Below are positions 37,578 through 49,443 of a stretch of DNA of 64,000 bases, piece after piece. Origin of the DNA: Desulfatiglandales bacterium (GTDB lineage Bacteria; Desulfobacterota; DSM-4660; Desulfatiglandales; Desulfatiglandaceae). The stretch lies in contig OY759599.1 of assembly GCA_963662465.1 (NCBI GenBank), positions 1,248,001 through 1,312,000 of the forward strand, in the 5' to 3' direction. The notes under the pieces were generated by a model, which saw only the letters and a program-made list of their open reading frames with translations, had not been told where the DNA came from and searched no databases. Positions within the stretch are counted from its first letter, which is position 1. Every line of letters starts with the position of its first letter. Position numbers and translations under genes: made by a program.

Positions 37578-37979
37578 ATGGAAAAGATCATTTTATGGAA
37601 AGACCGGGAAAAGAAACTGGTTGAGCCTTCGCTGTTTTCAAAAGTTGCGGAGAACCTGGCCAAAACCATCCGCGACGATACACAGCAGGTGCGCAATTCC
37701 AACAAACGGACCCAGCTCAGGAAGTTTTATGATGAAGTGGTACGGCTCACGGCCCTTTCAAAAAGCAGGCCGGATGACTGGAATAATATCTTACCCATGG
37801 TGCATATGCTCACGGCTAAGGCGGCCTATGCCGATGGCAGAAAGTTGATTTCATCCAATTTCAGAGAATTTATCAGTGGCTCCGTTGATCAGATCCATAC
37901 GCCGGAGGACCTGAATCTGTTTTCCAATTTCTTTGAAGCGTTTATGGGTTTCTACAGACTTTATGGTCCCAGCAATTAG
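37578..37979 (+). CDS. csm2: Type III-A small subunit Csm2
   Basis: TQLRKFYDE, AKAAYA.GR, FFEAFMGFYR. Confidence 0.92.
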   Translation: MEKIILWKDREKKLVEPSLFSKVAENLAKTIRDDTQQVRNSNKRTQLRKFYDEVVRLTALSKSRPDDWNNILPMVHMLTAKAAYADGRKLISSNFREFISGSVDQIHTPEDLNLFSNFFEAFMGFYRLYGPSN

Positions 37980-37994
37980 AAAAGGAGGCGCAAA

Positions 37995-38690
37995 ATGAAA
38001 CTTCAGAATATGAAAGAGATCACGGGAACCATCACCCTTAAAAGTGGTCTGCACATCGGCGCGGGCGATATGGAAATGAAGATCGGTGGAACGGACAACC
38101 CTGTTGTCAAGCACCCCCATACCCAGGAACCGTTCATCCCGGGTTCCTCCATCAAAGGCAAGGTCCGGTCCCTGCTGGAACTGAGAAGCGGGTTGATGGG
38201 CCGGAGCAAAGGCAGTCCTCTTTCATCTTCGCACCTCAAGGGGTGCGGCAAAGAAGAGATGGAAACTGGTCAAAAGATTCTCAAACTTTTCGGCACCAGC
38301 GGAGCGGATGACGAAGATAGTGTACAATTGGGCCCCACAAGGGTGGCGTTTGCGGATGCCTTTCTCAATGGGCAATGGAAAAAGGAAGCGGAAGAGAACC
38401 ATCTATCTCTGTTTGAGGTAAAGTCCGAAAATTCTATTGACCGCATCAAAGGAACGGCGAAAGATCCGCGGTTTATAGAACGGGTGACCGCCGGGTGCCG
38501 GTTTGATTTTTGCATCGGGCTGAAAGCTTTTGAAGGGGATGAGGAGTTGGAAGATTTTCTGTTGGAAGGATTACGGTTGCTTCAGATGGATTCTCTCGGC
38601 GGAAGCGGTAGTCGGGGTTACGGAAAGGTCGAATTCCATTTTGACGATACGGCATTGCAGGAACGGTTCGAACAGATTATGCCATTATAG
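37995..38690 (+). CDS. csm3: Type III-A backbone RNase Csm3
   Basis: SGLHIG...IGGTD (catalytic Asp) NPV, PFIPGSSIKGKVRSLLE, EVKSENSIDR, LGGSGSRGYG. Confidence 0.95.
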   Translation: MKLQNMKEITGTITLKSGLHIGAGDMEMKIGGTDNPVVKHPHTQEPFIPGSSIKGKVRSLLELRSGLMGRSKGSPLSSSHLKGCGKEEMETGQKILKLFGTSGADDEDSVQLGPTRVAFADAFLNGQWKKEAEENHLSLFEVKSENSIDRIKGTAKDPRFIERVTAGCRFDFCIGLKAFEGDEELEDFLLEGLRLLQMDSLGGSGSRGYGKVEFHFDDTALQERFEQIMPL

Positions 38691-38702
38691 AAGGGGGCTG
38701 CT

Positions 38703-39725
38703 TTGAAATTCTACGAGATAACCATCCGGCCCCTGTCGGCTTTCGGCACCAGTTTGAAAGGGGATACCCTGTTCGGACATTTCTGCTGGCAGGCGGCCTA
38801 CGATCCTTCACTGATTGAAGGCGGTTTGGAAAAGGCCCTGGCCCAATACCCCAAAAAGCCCTTCGCGGTTTTTTCAACGGCCTGGCCAAAATTTGAGGGG
38901 GACGACAGTCGGTACGTTTTCAAGCGGCCCGACGTTCCTTTGTCATGGCTTTTCTTAGCGAACGGGGAAGACCGGGAGAAGCGCTATAAGGATATCAAAG
39001 AGAACAAAAAGCGTCATTGGATGATCCTAGGCAAAGATCTCCAAATCGATCTGACAAAAGCGCATCTTATAAGCGACGAGGATTTGGCCCGGGAAGCCAT
39101 GGCCCTGGCCACGCCCGAAACCCGGAAGCTCATGGAAGATGTCGGGGATTCGAATTTTTCCAGAGCATTTCTTCAACCCCATAATACCATCAACCGGTTT
39201 TCTGGAACCACGGGGGCCGGTGCCTTTGCGCCCTATGTCAAGACCAATGATTACTATTGCCCTGAAACGGAACTAGCGGTTTTTGTGCTGGTGGATGAAG
39301 ATTTGACCCGGATTGAGTCCATCCGGAAAGGCTTGGAAGCCATTGGCCGGTTCGGCTTTGGGCGGGATGCCTCAACGGGTCTCGGGCGGTTTGAGGTTTT
39401 GGATGCCCAGGAGGTTGAATGGCCCGTCGTTGATCATGCCAATGCGGCCTACACCCTGGCGCCCTGCGTACCGGAGGCTTACGACCAAGCCTATTTTACC
39501 CCCTTTATTCGCTACGGCAAGCATGGGGACCGGATGGCCACCAGTCGGAATCCTTTTAAGAACCCTGTGATCATGGCCGATGAAGGGGCCGTGTTTGTCC
39601 CGGTGAATGCGGCGTTCTTTAGCAAACCTTACATGGGCAGGGCCGTTACAGGGGTTTCAAAGGCCCAACCCGACGCTGTAACCCAGGGCTATACCCCATA
39701 CCTGCCGTTGAAATTGGAGTGTTGA
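38703..39725 (+). CDS. csm4: Type III-A RAMP Csm4
   Basis: GDTLFG, HNTINR, GFGRDASTGLGRF; located between csm3 and csm5. Confidence 0.88.
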   Translation: MKFYEITIRPLSAFGTSLKGDTLFGHFCWQAAYDPSLIEGGLEKALAQYPKKPFAVFSTAWPKFEGDDSRYVFKRPDVPLSWLFLANGEDREKRYKDIKENKKRHWMILGKDLQIDLTKAHLISDEDLAREAMALATPETRKLMEDVGDSNFSRAFLQPHNTINRFSGTTGAGAFAPYVKTNDYYCPETELAVFVLVDEDLTRIESIRKGLEAIGRFGFGRDASTGLGRFEVLDAQEVEWPVVDHANAAYTLAPCVPEAYDQAYFTPFIRYGKHGDRMATSRNPFKNPVIMADEGAVFVPVNAAFFSKPYMGRAVTGVSKAQPDAVTQGYTPYLPLKLEC

Positions 39726-39726
39726 T

Positions 39727-41524
<1,798 letters not shown>

Positions 41525-41540
41525 AGAGGAAGAAGTTTCT

Positions 41541-43595
41541 ATGCCCAACATCCTCATCACCACCCTCGGTCAGACCTGGAAAATCATCCCTGAACTGCTG
41601 GGGTTCACCAACCCGGAGCAGGTAGATTTCTATGTGGACCATCCCAATAGAAACGCCATTCTGGAATCTCGCCGCAAGACTGACATCCACCCTGTGGATG
41701 AGTGCTGGTTGATCACCACCAAGGGAGAGATGACCGACAAGGCCCTGGCGGAAACGGCGCAATGGCACGGCACGCTTCCCAAAGACGCCCGTCCTGCGCT
41801 GCATATTCGAAAGACGGCGTATATCGAGGACCCGGGATCGGAGTACGAGTGTCGGTATATGGCCGAGTGTATTTTCCGGCTGGTGCTTCAATTGAGTGAA
41901 CGGACGGGGGACGGTCAGTTGCTGGTTTCACTTGCGGGCGGACGGAAAACCATGAGCGCGGATATGCAGAACGCGGCCATGTTTTTCGGGTGCCATGCCC
42001 TGCTTCATGTGATCCAGAGCGCACAGGGCATCACGCCCCTGGTCATCGGCAAATTCAACCGCAATCCCCTTCTGGACATGGGTGGCCATGACCGCCGGGC
42101 CGTTACGGCGGATCGATTCCCCCTTGTCGAAAATGGGCAACATGTTTCGGTGAACGGTTTTTCACTGACGGATAACATCTGGAATCTCCAGAAAACCGCC
42201 GGGTTTTTGTATTGCAATCACACCAATCGACTCATGCACCAGGAAAAGGCCTCCAATTTCCTGGCCCTCTACAATCTTGAACCCGCCATGATCGACCGCT
42301 TGAAAACACACCGTTTGGGAGTGGACCCCCGGAAGAAGGCCATGGAACTGGCATGGCTCCAAAAACTCCCCAAGGCCGAGCTCCACTGCCACCTGGGAGG
42401 CATTGCGGATGTCCGGGAGATGATTGAGATTGCCGCCGCCAACCGGGAGCGGGTGGATCGATACCGACCGCAACTTTCGGAAAAGCTCATACGCTGGAAA
42501 CAGCGGGCGGACGAGGGACTTATTAAGCCGGCCCATTTCAAAGCCCTTCGATCCGAAATTCCAGGAGTTCCCGAGCCCATTTCCATTGCCGCCTTCATCC
42601 TGCTGTTTGAAAATGATCCGGATCGGCTGGATGAAATGGTCTTCGGTCCGTACCGAAACCAGGGGGCTTTTTGCGGCATCGGTTTCAGGGACTACGAGAC
42701 CCTGGGGGATTTACAGGGCTCCGGCCTTCTTCAAAGCGAGGAAAGCCTCCGCGCCGCCTGTCGGATTCTGGTACGCAGCGCCAGGGAGCATCATGTGAAA
42801 CACCTGGAGGTGCGCTGCTCTCCGGTGAATTATAATCGGGGCGGTCTCGAACCCCGGAAGGTCGCCGGCATCATTAATGAGGAACTGACCGCTTCCCATG
42901 GGCTGAGCATTGCCCTGATTTTCACCGCCAGCCGTCATGGTCGGATGAGCAAGGTGTACGAACACATCGAGTTAGCACAGGGGTTAATGGGTGACAATGG
43001 GGCTGAATTTCCCCATCTCCAGGGATTTGACCTGGCAGGCGATGAAAAAGCGGGCCGTCCTGCGGAAATGCGGCGAGCCTTCATGCCCATGATGGAAAAA
43101 TGCGTGCATTTTACCATTCATGCGGGGGAAGGACAACAGGTGGAACGGATCTGGGAAGCGGTGTATCACCTGAGTGCCGAGCGGGTGGGACACGGCCTGA
43201 CCCTGGGGGACAACCCCCGGCTCATGGCGCGTTTCAGGGATCGTAAAATTGCCGTTGAAATGTGCCCTTCCAGCAATTTTCAGATCGTTGGGTTTCGGGA
43301 CAACTATCTGCCGGAAACAGGGGGACTGAAGCTTTATCCCCTGAAACACTATCTGGATGCGGGGCTTCGGGTGACGGTCAATACGGACAATCCCGGCATT
43401 TCCAGGACGGACTTTTCCCGGGAACTGCATCGGGCGGCCCGATTGACGCCGGAAGGATTGAGCCTGTGGGAGATCCTGTTGTTGATTCGAAACGGTTTCA
43501 GAGCGGCTTTTGTGGGAAGCGACATGCGTCAGGACCTGCTCAGAGGGGCTGAATCGGAAATCATCGAGCGAATTCAGGAGGGTCTTCCCCGATGA
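41541..43595 (+). CDS. cad1: CARF-adenosine deaminase fusion effector (Cad1-like)
   Basis: N-terminal CARF (ILITTLG.T...PE; SLAGGRKTMS). C-terminal adenosine deaminase motifs ELHCHLGG, GFDLAGDE, IHAGE, RVGHG, EMCPSSN, VNTDNP. Confidence 0.9.
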   Translation: MPNILITTLGQTWKIIPELLGFTNPEQVDFYVDHPNRNAILESRRKTDIHPVDECWLITTKGEMTDKALAETAQWHGTLPKDARPALHIRKTAYIEDPGSEYECRYMAECIFRLVLQLSERTGDGQLLVSLAGGRKTMSADMQNAAMFFGCHALLHVIQSAQGITPLVIGKFNRNPLLDMGGHDRRAVTADRFPLVENGQHVSVNGFSLTDNIWNLQKTAGFLYCNHTNRLMHQEKASNFLALYNLEPAMIDRLKTHRLGVDPRKKAMELAWLQKLPKAELHCHLGGIADVREMIEIAAANRERVDRYRPQLSEKLIRWKQRADEGLIKPAHFKALRSEIPGVPEPISIAAFILLFENDPDRLDEMVFGPYRNQGAFCGIGFRDYETLGDLQGSGLLQSEESLRAACRILVRSAREHHVKHLEVRCSPVNYNRGGLEPRKVAGIINEELTASHGLSIALIFTASRHGRMSKVYEHIELAQGLMGDNGAEFPHLQGFDLAGDEKAGRPAEMRRAFMPMMEKCVHFTIHAGEGQQVERIWEAVYHLSAERVGHGLTLGDNPRLMARFRDRKIAVEMCPSSNFQIVGFRDNYLPETGGLKLYPLKHYLDAGLRVTVNTDNPGISRTDFSRELHRAARLTPEGLSLWEILLLIRNGFRAAFVGSDMRQDLLRGAESEIIERIQEGLPR

Positions 43596-44005
43596 CGGTC
43601 GATAAAAACATCGTGACCCCTTGTTTGTTTCTGCTGTTCAATCATAACATCACCCCGTTGCAGGAAGAAGATGCCTACGTCTCTCTCGGGGTGGGGAGGA
43701 TTGAGGAACTTCCGGAAGACCTCCGGCAATTGTGGCGCCGCATCCCTCCGGATCTGGATCGGATTGAAAGTGTGCTTACGCCCATAATGGAGTGGTTTAG
43801 CGCCCATGCGAAAAAAGGGGATTTCATTTTGATCCAGGGGGATTTCGGCGCGTGTTATCTCATGGTGCGGTTTGCCTTTGAAAAGGCGTATGTGCCGGTG
43901 TACTCCACTACAGAGCGGGAAGCGGTTGAAACCCATGGGAGGGATGGGTCCGTGACGTTGACCCATCGGTTCCAACACCGGATTTTCAGGCGATATGGAG
44001 GATAG
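43592..44005 (+). CDS. csx20: Csx20-like CRISPR-associated protein (putative ring nuclease)
   Basis: LLFNH.IT..Q..DA...LGV..I..LP..L..LW..IPP; LIQGDFGA..LMV; YSTT.R.A.E; F.H..FR.Y. Confidence 0.8.
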   Translation: MTVDKNIVTPCLFLLFNHNITPLQEEDAYVSLGVGRIEELPEDLRQLWRRIPPDLDRIESVLTPIMEWFSAHAKKGDFILIQGDFGACYLMVRFAFEKAYVPVYSTTEREAVETHGRDGSVTLTHRFQHRIFRRYGG

Positions 44006-44007
44006 CA

Positions 44008-45303
44008 ATGAGCAAAGTTTTTTTGAGTTTTCTGGGACTTGGAACATATAACGCGAAAGAGGGCTGTTACGCCTATTCTCCCGCCATATATGCCCTTGAT
44101 GGACGACAATCACGAAAAACGGAATTCGTTCAAGTTGCGGAACTGGAATTGTTGGGGAATAGCGTATTTGACAAAATTTTGATTGTCGCAACCCAAAAAT
44201 CCTACAATGCCAATTTCAACAAAATGCGGGCGCAGTTGACGGAAAATGATCAGGAAAAGATTTCGCATATTTTGATTAGCGAGGATATGTCGGCTCAGGG
44301 GCAGTGGGAATGGTTTGAGCGAATTCTGACCCATGTGGGGTCAGGCGATGAATTGACCATCGATTTGACGCATGGGTATCGGTCTATCCCAATTGTGTTT
44401 TCCGCCGCTATCAATTTTCTGCGGAAGGCCAGGCATATCAAGTTGAATGCCGTATATTACGGCGCCTATGAAATGTGTAAGGAAAAGGGTTTTGCGCCGA
44501 TTTTTGATATGAAGGAGTTCTATTTTATCAATGAATGGGCCGAAGCCGTGAGCAGGCTCGTGGAGGATGCGGATGCCGGGAAAATGGCCCGGGTGGCGGG
44601 GAATACCGCTGCTTTTCAGATGGGCGAATTAAACAACCCGGCACTGATCGAGAGTTTTGAGACATTAACCAATGCCATCAGAAATGTGGATGTTAACCGG
44701 ATTGGAGAACAGGCCGCTGCAACCCTGGGATTGATTGAGAAACAATCCCTTGGCGCATCGGAAACGGGAAAACTGCTTTTGAATCTGGTGACCGAAAAGT
44801 TTGGAGTTCTCACATCGAAAGAAGGTGAAAATGGAAAATACGACAAATTCTATTTTCGAAGGCAGCTTGAAATCAGTCGATTGCTTCTGGAACATAAGCT
44901 TTTCATGCAGGCTTTCACGGTGATGCGGGAGCTTGTCGGTTCAATTGGTTTAATCGAAAGGGAGAAAGTCCATGTGAATTCAACCAGGGGAAGGAAGCTT
45001 CGCTATCGGTTTTCGGGACTTTTTGTGAATATGCTTCAATATCCTGAGGATGAGTGGAAATTCAAAGAAAAGGACCGTGACAGGGAAGCCTTGATGCCGT
45101 TCTATCGAAAACTCAAATCCATGGGCGTTGAATCTCTAATGCGGGAATGTACCGCTGGATTGATCAAATACAGAAACGGTTTTGATCATGCGTGGACGGG
45201 GAGGAACGGTGTACTCCCGGATGTGGAAGAGATTGGCCTGAAGGCCTACAGTAGATTGAAAGAGGTTGTTTCGGCTCTTGAAAAAGAAGGCATTTTGAAT
45301 TGA
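44008..45303 (+). CDS. csx1: Csx1/TM1812-like CARF-HEPN ribonuclease effector
   Basis: KVFLSFLG.G.Y, IDLTHGYRSIP, VYYGA (CARF); C-terminal HEPN RNGFDH (R-x4-H). Confidence 0.85.
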   Translation: MSKVFLSFLGLGTYNAKEGCYAYSPAIYALDGRQSRKTEFVQVAELELLGNSVFDKILIVATQKSYNANFNKMRAQLTENDQEKISHILISEDMSAQGQWEWFERILTHVGSGDELTIDLTHGYRSIPIVFSAAINFLRKARHIKLNAVYYGAYEMCKEKGFAPIFDMKEFYFINEWAEAVSRLVEDADAGKMARVAGNTAAFQMGELNNPALIESFETLTNAIRNVDVNRIGEQAAATLGLIEKQSLGASETGKLLLNLVTEKFGVLTSKEGENGKYDKFYFRRQLEISRLLLEHKLFMQAFTVMRELVGSIGLIEREKVHVNSTRGRKLRYRFSGLFVNMLQYPEDEWKFKEKDRDREALMPFYRKLKSMGVESLMRECTAGLIKYRNGFDHAWTGRNGVLPDVEEIGLKAYSRLKEVVSALEKEGILN

Positions 45304-45356
45304 TGTCGGCTGTTTTAAGAGACTCTATTTTCTTTTTTTTGCCACTTCTTTTACTT

Positions 45357-45587
45357 TTACTCGCCGTAAACGGTCTTAAAGCTTTCCTTCATGCTGATGA
45401 TAACCCAGTTTTCATCGCGTGCCGTTTTCAGAAATTCGGGTTTTCGGTAGACGAATTCCCGAGGGTCATCGTGGTCCAGCACAAAGGCCATGTGGCGGTA
45501 GGGGGATGAAGCGGTAAAGTCCGGCATCCAGCTATCTCCCGGTGAGTTGCCGAAGGCGAGTACCGGTGCTTGTCCGGTTCTCATCAT
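45357..45587 (-). pseudogene. C-terminal fragment of a HAD-like hydrolase
   Basis: G..PVLAFGNS.GD..M...HDD.REF.Y.......W..ISMK..FKTV; the 5' part is missing. Marks the right edge of the accessory region. Confidence 0.6.
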
Positions 45588-45744
45588 GATGCTGACGGCT
45601 CGGTTCCTGCCACAACAAACTCAAAGTTATCTACTAAAAACACCGGCCATCTTAAAATAATCAAATAAACTCTCACCAGACGAATGAATAGGATAGCAAC
45701 CACGGGATTGTCATATCGAAAAATGCAAAAGAGCCACACCCATT

Positions 45745-47298
45745 CTAAACAATGAGATCATCCGCCGTCATCTCTTTTGGAATGGGAAGACCGAGCAGGT
45801 GCAGCACGGTGGGCGCCACATCCGAGAGTTTCCCCCGCGGGCGCAGCTTTTTCCCCACGGCGTTTTGAGAAACATAAATCAAGTCCACGGGGAACAGGGT
45901 ATGGCTGGTTTTGGGCAACCCCGTTTCATAGTCCACCATCTGCTCTGAATTTCCATGGTCCGAGGTGATCAGAATCTCCGCATCCAGTTCCAGCAATCTT
46001 TTAACGAGTTTGCCCACGCAGTCGTCTACGACCTCGATGGCCGTGACCGCCGCCGCCATAACGCCCGTGTGTCCCACCATGTCGCCATTGGCGTAGTTGA
46101 CCACGATAAAATCGTAGGGATTGTCGTTCAATCGTTTCAAAATTTCCTCGGTCACCGGATGCGCGTCCATTTCAGGATGATGGGCGAAGCTGGAGGGATC
46201 GAATCGGGACGGGATCTCCACCTGCTCCTCCCCCGGATAGGGGGTGGTACTCTTCCCATTGAAGAAACTGGTCACATGGCGGAATTTCTGGGTCTCGGCG
46301 ATTCGCAGTTGGGTGAGTCCCGCATTTGCGATCACTTCACCCAGAAGGTTTTCCATGCCGCCCCCTTTATCCATGGGCGACATGAGGTAGGCATTGAAGT
46401 CGTCGTAATAGCGCGTGAAACCCGCGTACACCACCTTGGGTCGAACCTTGAGCGTGCCCGGGTAGGACGGGTCCACAAAGGCGCGGGACAATTGGATGGC
46501 GCGATCCTGGCGATAATTGGTGTGCAGAATGGAATCTCCGTCCCGGATGCCGTCGTAATCGCCGATGCAGAAGGGGGGGATGTACTCGTCGGTCATTTCA
46601 TCGCCGTCGGGGGTTTGCAGTTCCTCATAGGATCGGGCCACGGCCGATTCGGCATCGTCGGCCCTCATCCCCTCGGCGCAAACGATACAGTGGTAGGCCT
46701 GATCCGTTAGTTGCCATTGTTGGGAGCGGTCCATGCTGTAATAACGGCCCATGACCGTTCCAATGCGGCAATTACCCACCTTTTCCATTTCGAGGGCAAG
46801 GGTTTTCAGGTAGCCGAGGGTGCTGCGCGGCGGTGTATCCCGACCGTCCAGGAAGGGATGAATGATGATTTTGCCTTCCGGGTACTCCTGCCTGGCCCGT
46901 GCCATGATCTTGAACAGGTGCTTCTGGTGGGCGTGTACCCCCTCATCCTGCAACAGACCCAGCAGGTGCAGTCGGCTGCGGTTTTCGCGCCAGTTGCCCA
47001 TAAGCTTTTTCCATTCTTCGGCATCAAAGAGGATGCCGCTGCTCAGCTCCTTATCGATCCGCTTCAATTCCTGAATCACGATGCGTCCGGCACCCATGTT
47101 GAGATGCCCCACTTCGCTGGACCCCTGGTATCCGCCGGGGAGGCCCACGGGCTCGCCCGCGCAATCGAGGATGGTCCAGGGGTATGCCTTTTTATAGGCA
47201 TCCATATTGGGTGTATGGGCCGCCAGGACCGCGTTTCCTTCTTTCTTGTCATTCAATCCCCATCCGTCGCGGATGATAAGCACTACCGGTTTTTTCAT
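45745..47298 (-). CDS. gpmI: 2,3-bisphosphoglycerate-independent phosphoglycerate mutase
   Basis: LIIRDGWG, G.SEVGH.N.GAGR, DGRDTPP, GRYYSMDR, AETQKF.HVT.FFNG, NGDMVGHTG, TSDHGN. Confidence 0.95.
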   Translation of the reverse strand: MKKPVVLIIRDGWGLNDKKEGNAVLAAHTPNMDAYKKAYPWTILDCAGEPVGLPGGYQGSSEVGHLNMGAGRIVIQELKRIDKELSSGILFDAEEWKKLMGNWRENRSRLHLLGLLQDEGVHAHQKHLFKIMARARQEYPEGKIIIHPFLDGRDTPPRSTLGYLKTLALEMEKVGNCRIGTVMGRYYSMDRSQQWQLTDQAYHCIVCAEGMRADDAESAVARSYEELQTPDGDEMTDEYIPPFCIGDYDGIRDGDSILHTNYRQDRAIQLSRAFVDPSYPGTLKVRPKVVYAGFTRYYDDFNAYLMSPMDKGGGMENLLGEVIANAGLTQLRIAETQKFRHVTSFFNGKSTTPYPGEEQVEIPSRFDPSSFAHHPEMDAHPVTEEILKRLNDNPYDFIVVNYANGDMVGHTGVMAAAVTAIEVVDDCVGKLVKRLLELDAEILITSDHGNSEQMVDYETGLPKTSHTLFPVDLIYVSQNAVGKKLRPRGKLSDVAPTVLHLLGLPIPKEMTADDLIV

Positions 47299-47372
47299 TT
47301 GGGTCTTCCTTTCTTGGATTTTTTTGCAACGCTCGTATTTTAGTTGGGTGCGAAAAGAATTTTCGGAGCCGG

Positions 47373-48605
47373 TCATATCTGGTCTCTCAGTTGCGGTACG
47401 ATGTAACCCAGTTCGGCAAAGGTTCTGATGAATTGTTTCTCCTTTCCCGGCAGGATAACGAGATGCTTTTCTCCGGCCGGCAGGCACATTTTGGAAAGCT
47501 TCCGGTCGGATGCCGCCAGTTTTTGAAGCATGGCGTCTTTGCACGAGATAAGATGGGTCCTTCCTGCGTATTCGAACCCGGTTGAACGATTTTTCACGTC
47601 ATCCGGATCGTGATTCTTCGGGACCGTGAGAACCGCTCGGGTTTCGGTGGGCGCCGCTTCATAAGCGTCGGTCATTTCCAGGGCAAAGGCGCCGAGGGCA
47701 TTGATTCGGATATACATGAGGCCGTCATACCGGCTCAGGAAGGCGCTTCCATCCATACCCCACAGGCTGCGGTAGTCGGAGAGGGCGCCCTCGGGGTGGA
47801 TGTATGCCACGTCCATGATCCCTAATGTGGCCGCATACTCGAACAGGAAGGCCAGCATATATCTGGTTTTGACCATTGCCTGGTCCCCGAATTCATCCAG
47901 ATGGCCGCATTGGGCGTCCCCCACATAGAGTTCGCAACCGTAGTGCGCCACCTCAAATTCGAGTCCCGCCGAGTACATGGAACGGATCAGTTCTTTCACC
48001 GTGAGCCATTTTCCGGGAGCGCACAGGGAGAGGCCCTCGTATAACGCCGGTCTTCGGGTGTGTGCGGCAATCAGGACACGGCCTCTTAAAGCCTTTTGCC
48101 CCTTGATCCGGTCTACCCGGCTGAATTCATCTAGAAACCTGGTGGTGCGCCATCCGTCCCATATCCCTTTAATGACCTTGGGAAGATTTCCCTCGATGGC
48201 CTTCTTTCCCTTGTAGTTGAGCTTGAGGGCGCTGCCGTCTACCTCGGCCAGCCCTGCCCCCTGCAACAGCATGGGCCATGCGAAGGCCTGTATATGGCCG
48301 ATCCCCTGGAGGATCTCTTCCTCTTCATACCAGTCGCCTTCCTGAAGAAGCTTTCTCAGATTTTTCTGGGCTGCCGGGGTAGGGCGACCTGTTTTGGCGC
48401 CGACCTTGAGTTTGCCGCCTTCGACAAGCCTCAGGACGGTTTCCAGGTTGTTTAAGGCGGCTGTCGCGGTATTGCGAACATGGAGCTTCCGTTCCACCGT
48501 CTGATCCTCGATGTCAAGGTGGATGGATGCGGGAAGCGGGTTCACATATTGAATGCGGTCCTCTTTTAAAGTTTGGCAGGTTGGGTTTTCAAGATATGCC
48601 GGCAT
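47373..48605 (-). CDS. Conserved hypothetical protein
   Basis: 410-aa ORF with an RBS and normal codon usage. It may be related to helicase-associated-domain proteins, but this is uncertain. Confidence 0.55.
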   Translation of the reverse strand: MPAYLENPTCQTLKEDRIQYVNPLPASIHLDIEDQTVERKLHVRNTATAALNNLETVLRLVEGGKLKVGAKTGRPTPAAQKNLRKLLQEGDWYEEEEILQGIGHIQAFAWPMLLQGAGLAEVDGSALKLNYKGKKAIEGNLPKVIKGIWDGWRTTRFLDEFSRVDRIKGQKALRGRVLIAAHTRRPALYEGLSLCAPGKWLTVKELIRSMYSAGLEFEVAHYGCELYVGDAQCGHLDEFGDQAMVKTRYMLAFLFEYAATLGIMDVAYIHPEGALSDYRSLWGMDGSAFLSRYDGLMYIRINALGAFALEMTDAYEAAPTETRAVLTVPKNHDPDDVKNRSTGFEYAGRTHLISCKDAMLQKLAASDRKLSKMCLPAGEKHLVILPGKEKQFIRTFAELGYIVPQLRDQI

Positions 48606-48622
48606 GGTTTCCTCATCTTCGC

Positions 48623-49291
48623 TTAGGCCAAAACCAGGAGGGCGTCAACCGCTACGGGTTTGCTTCCGGAAAGGATCAGGGGGTTGATGTCGATCTCTTT
48701 GACGGCATCGTTTTCCAGGCCGATGCGACCCACATTAATGAGGATGTCCGCCAACAGGTCCCTGTCCGCCGCCGGCATTCCCCGCACGGCATCCAGGATT
48801 TTATGCGCCTTGATTTCCGACATCATTTCCAATGCATCCCTTTTTTCAAGGGGCGCCACCCGGAAGGTGATGTCTTTCAGCACTTCGGTGAAAATGCCGC
48901 CTAGACCGAACATGACGCAAGGGCCGAATTGGGGATCGCGGGTGAGACCCACCACCAGTTCCCTCTGTCCCTTGATCATTTCCTGAACCAGTACCTGCCC
49001 GTCTTCCTCGTCCATGTGGGTCATGATCTCTTGAAAGGCGCCCATGGCCTCTTCGGCATTCCGGATATCCACCCGGATCAGGCCTTTTTCCGTCTTATGG
49101 GCAATATTGGACGAGCATCCCTTCAGCACCAGGGGGAAACCGATATCTTCCATTGCCGCCCGCAATCCGTCTTCATTTGTGACCGTCCGCTCTCGGGTAA
49201 TGGGAATATGATAGCTTTCCAGAACCTGTTTGGACTCATATTCGGAGAGGGCTTTTCTGCCCTCGCTGATGGCTTTTTTCAGGATTTCCAT
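48623..49291 (-). CDS. Acetate--CoA ligase (ADP-forming) beta-subunit-like ATP-grasp protein
   Basis: LSEYESK..L, GFPLVLK....HKTE.G, VLVQEM, DPQFGPCVMFGLGGIF.EV..D, EIDINP. Confidence 0.88.
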   Translation of the reverse strand: MEILKKAISEGRKALSEYESKQVLESYHIPITRERTVTNEDGLRAAMEDIGFPLVLKGCSSNIAHKTEKGLIRVDIRNAEEAMGAFQEIMTHMDEEDGQVLVQEMIKGQRELVVGLTRDPQFGPCVMFGLGGIFTEVLKDITFRVAPLEKRDALEMMSEIKAHKILDAVRGMPAADRDLLADILINVGRIGLENDAVKEIDINPLILSGSKPVAVDALLVLA

Positions 49292-49443
49292 GTGTGCCTC
49301 CCAAATAATTCTGATACATGATTTCAGCTTTTTTCCATTGCGCTGATGTGGTAAGAGTTGGATGGCAGCATAGAGAAACGAGGGGGGTTTGTCAATCATT
49401 GGAAATGCACCATCAAGAATGCCGAAGGCGGCTGTAAGCCCAT

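Noticed and set aside
45333..45369. TTTTTTTTGCCAC...GCCGTAA after csx1
   Set aside because: Wrong -35 and offset 23. The GCCGTAA belongs to the 3' end of the minus-strand HAD fragment, and no plus-strand gene follows.
45590..45740. Possible attR at the right island edge
   Set aside because: No recognisable copy of the tRNA-Leu 3' end.
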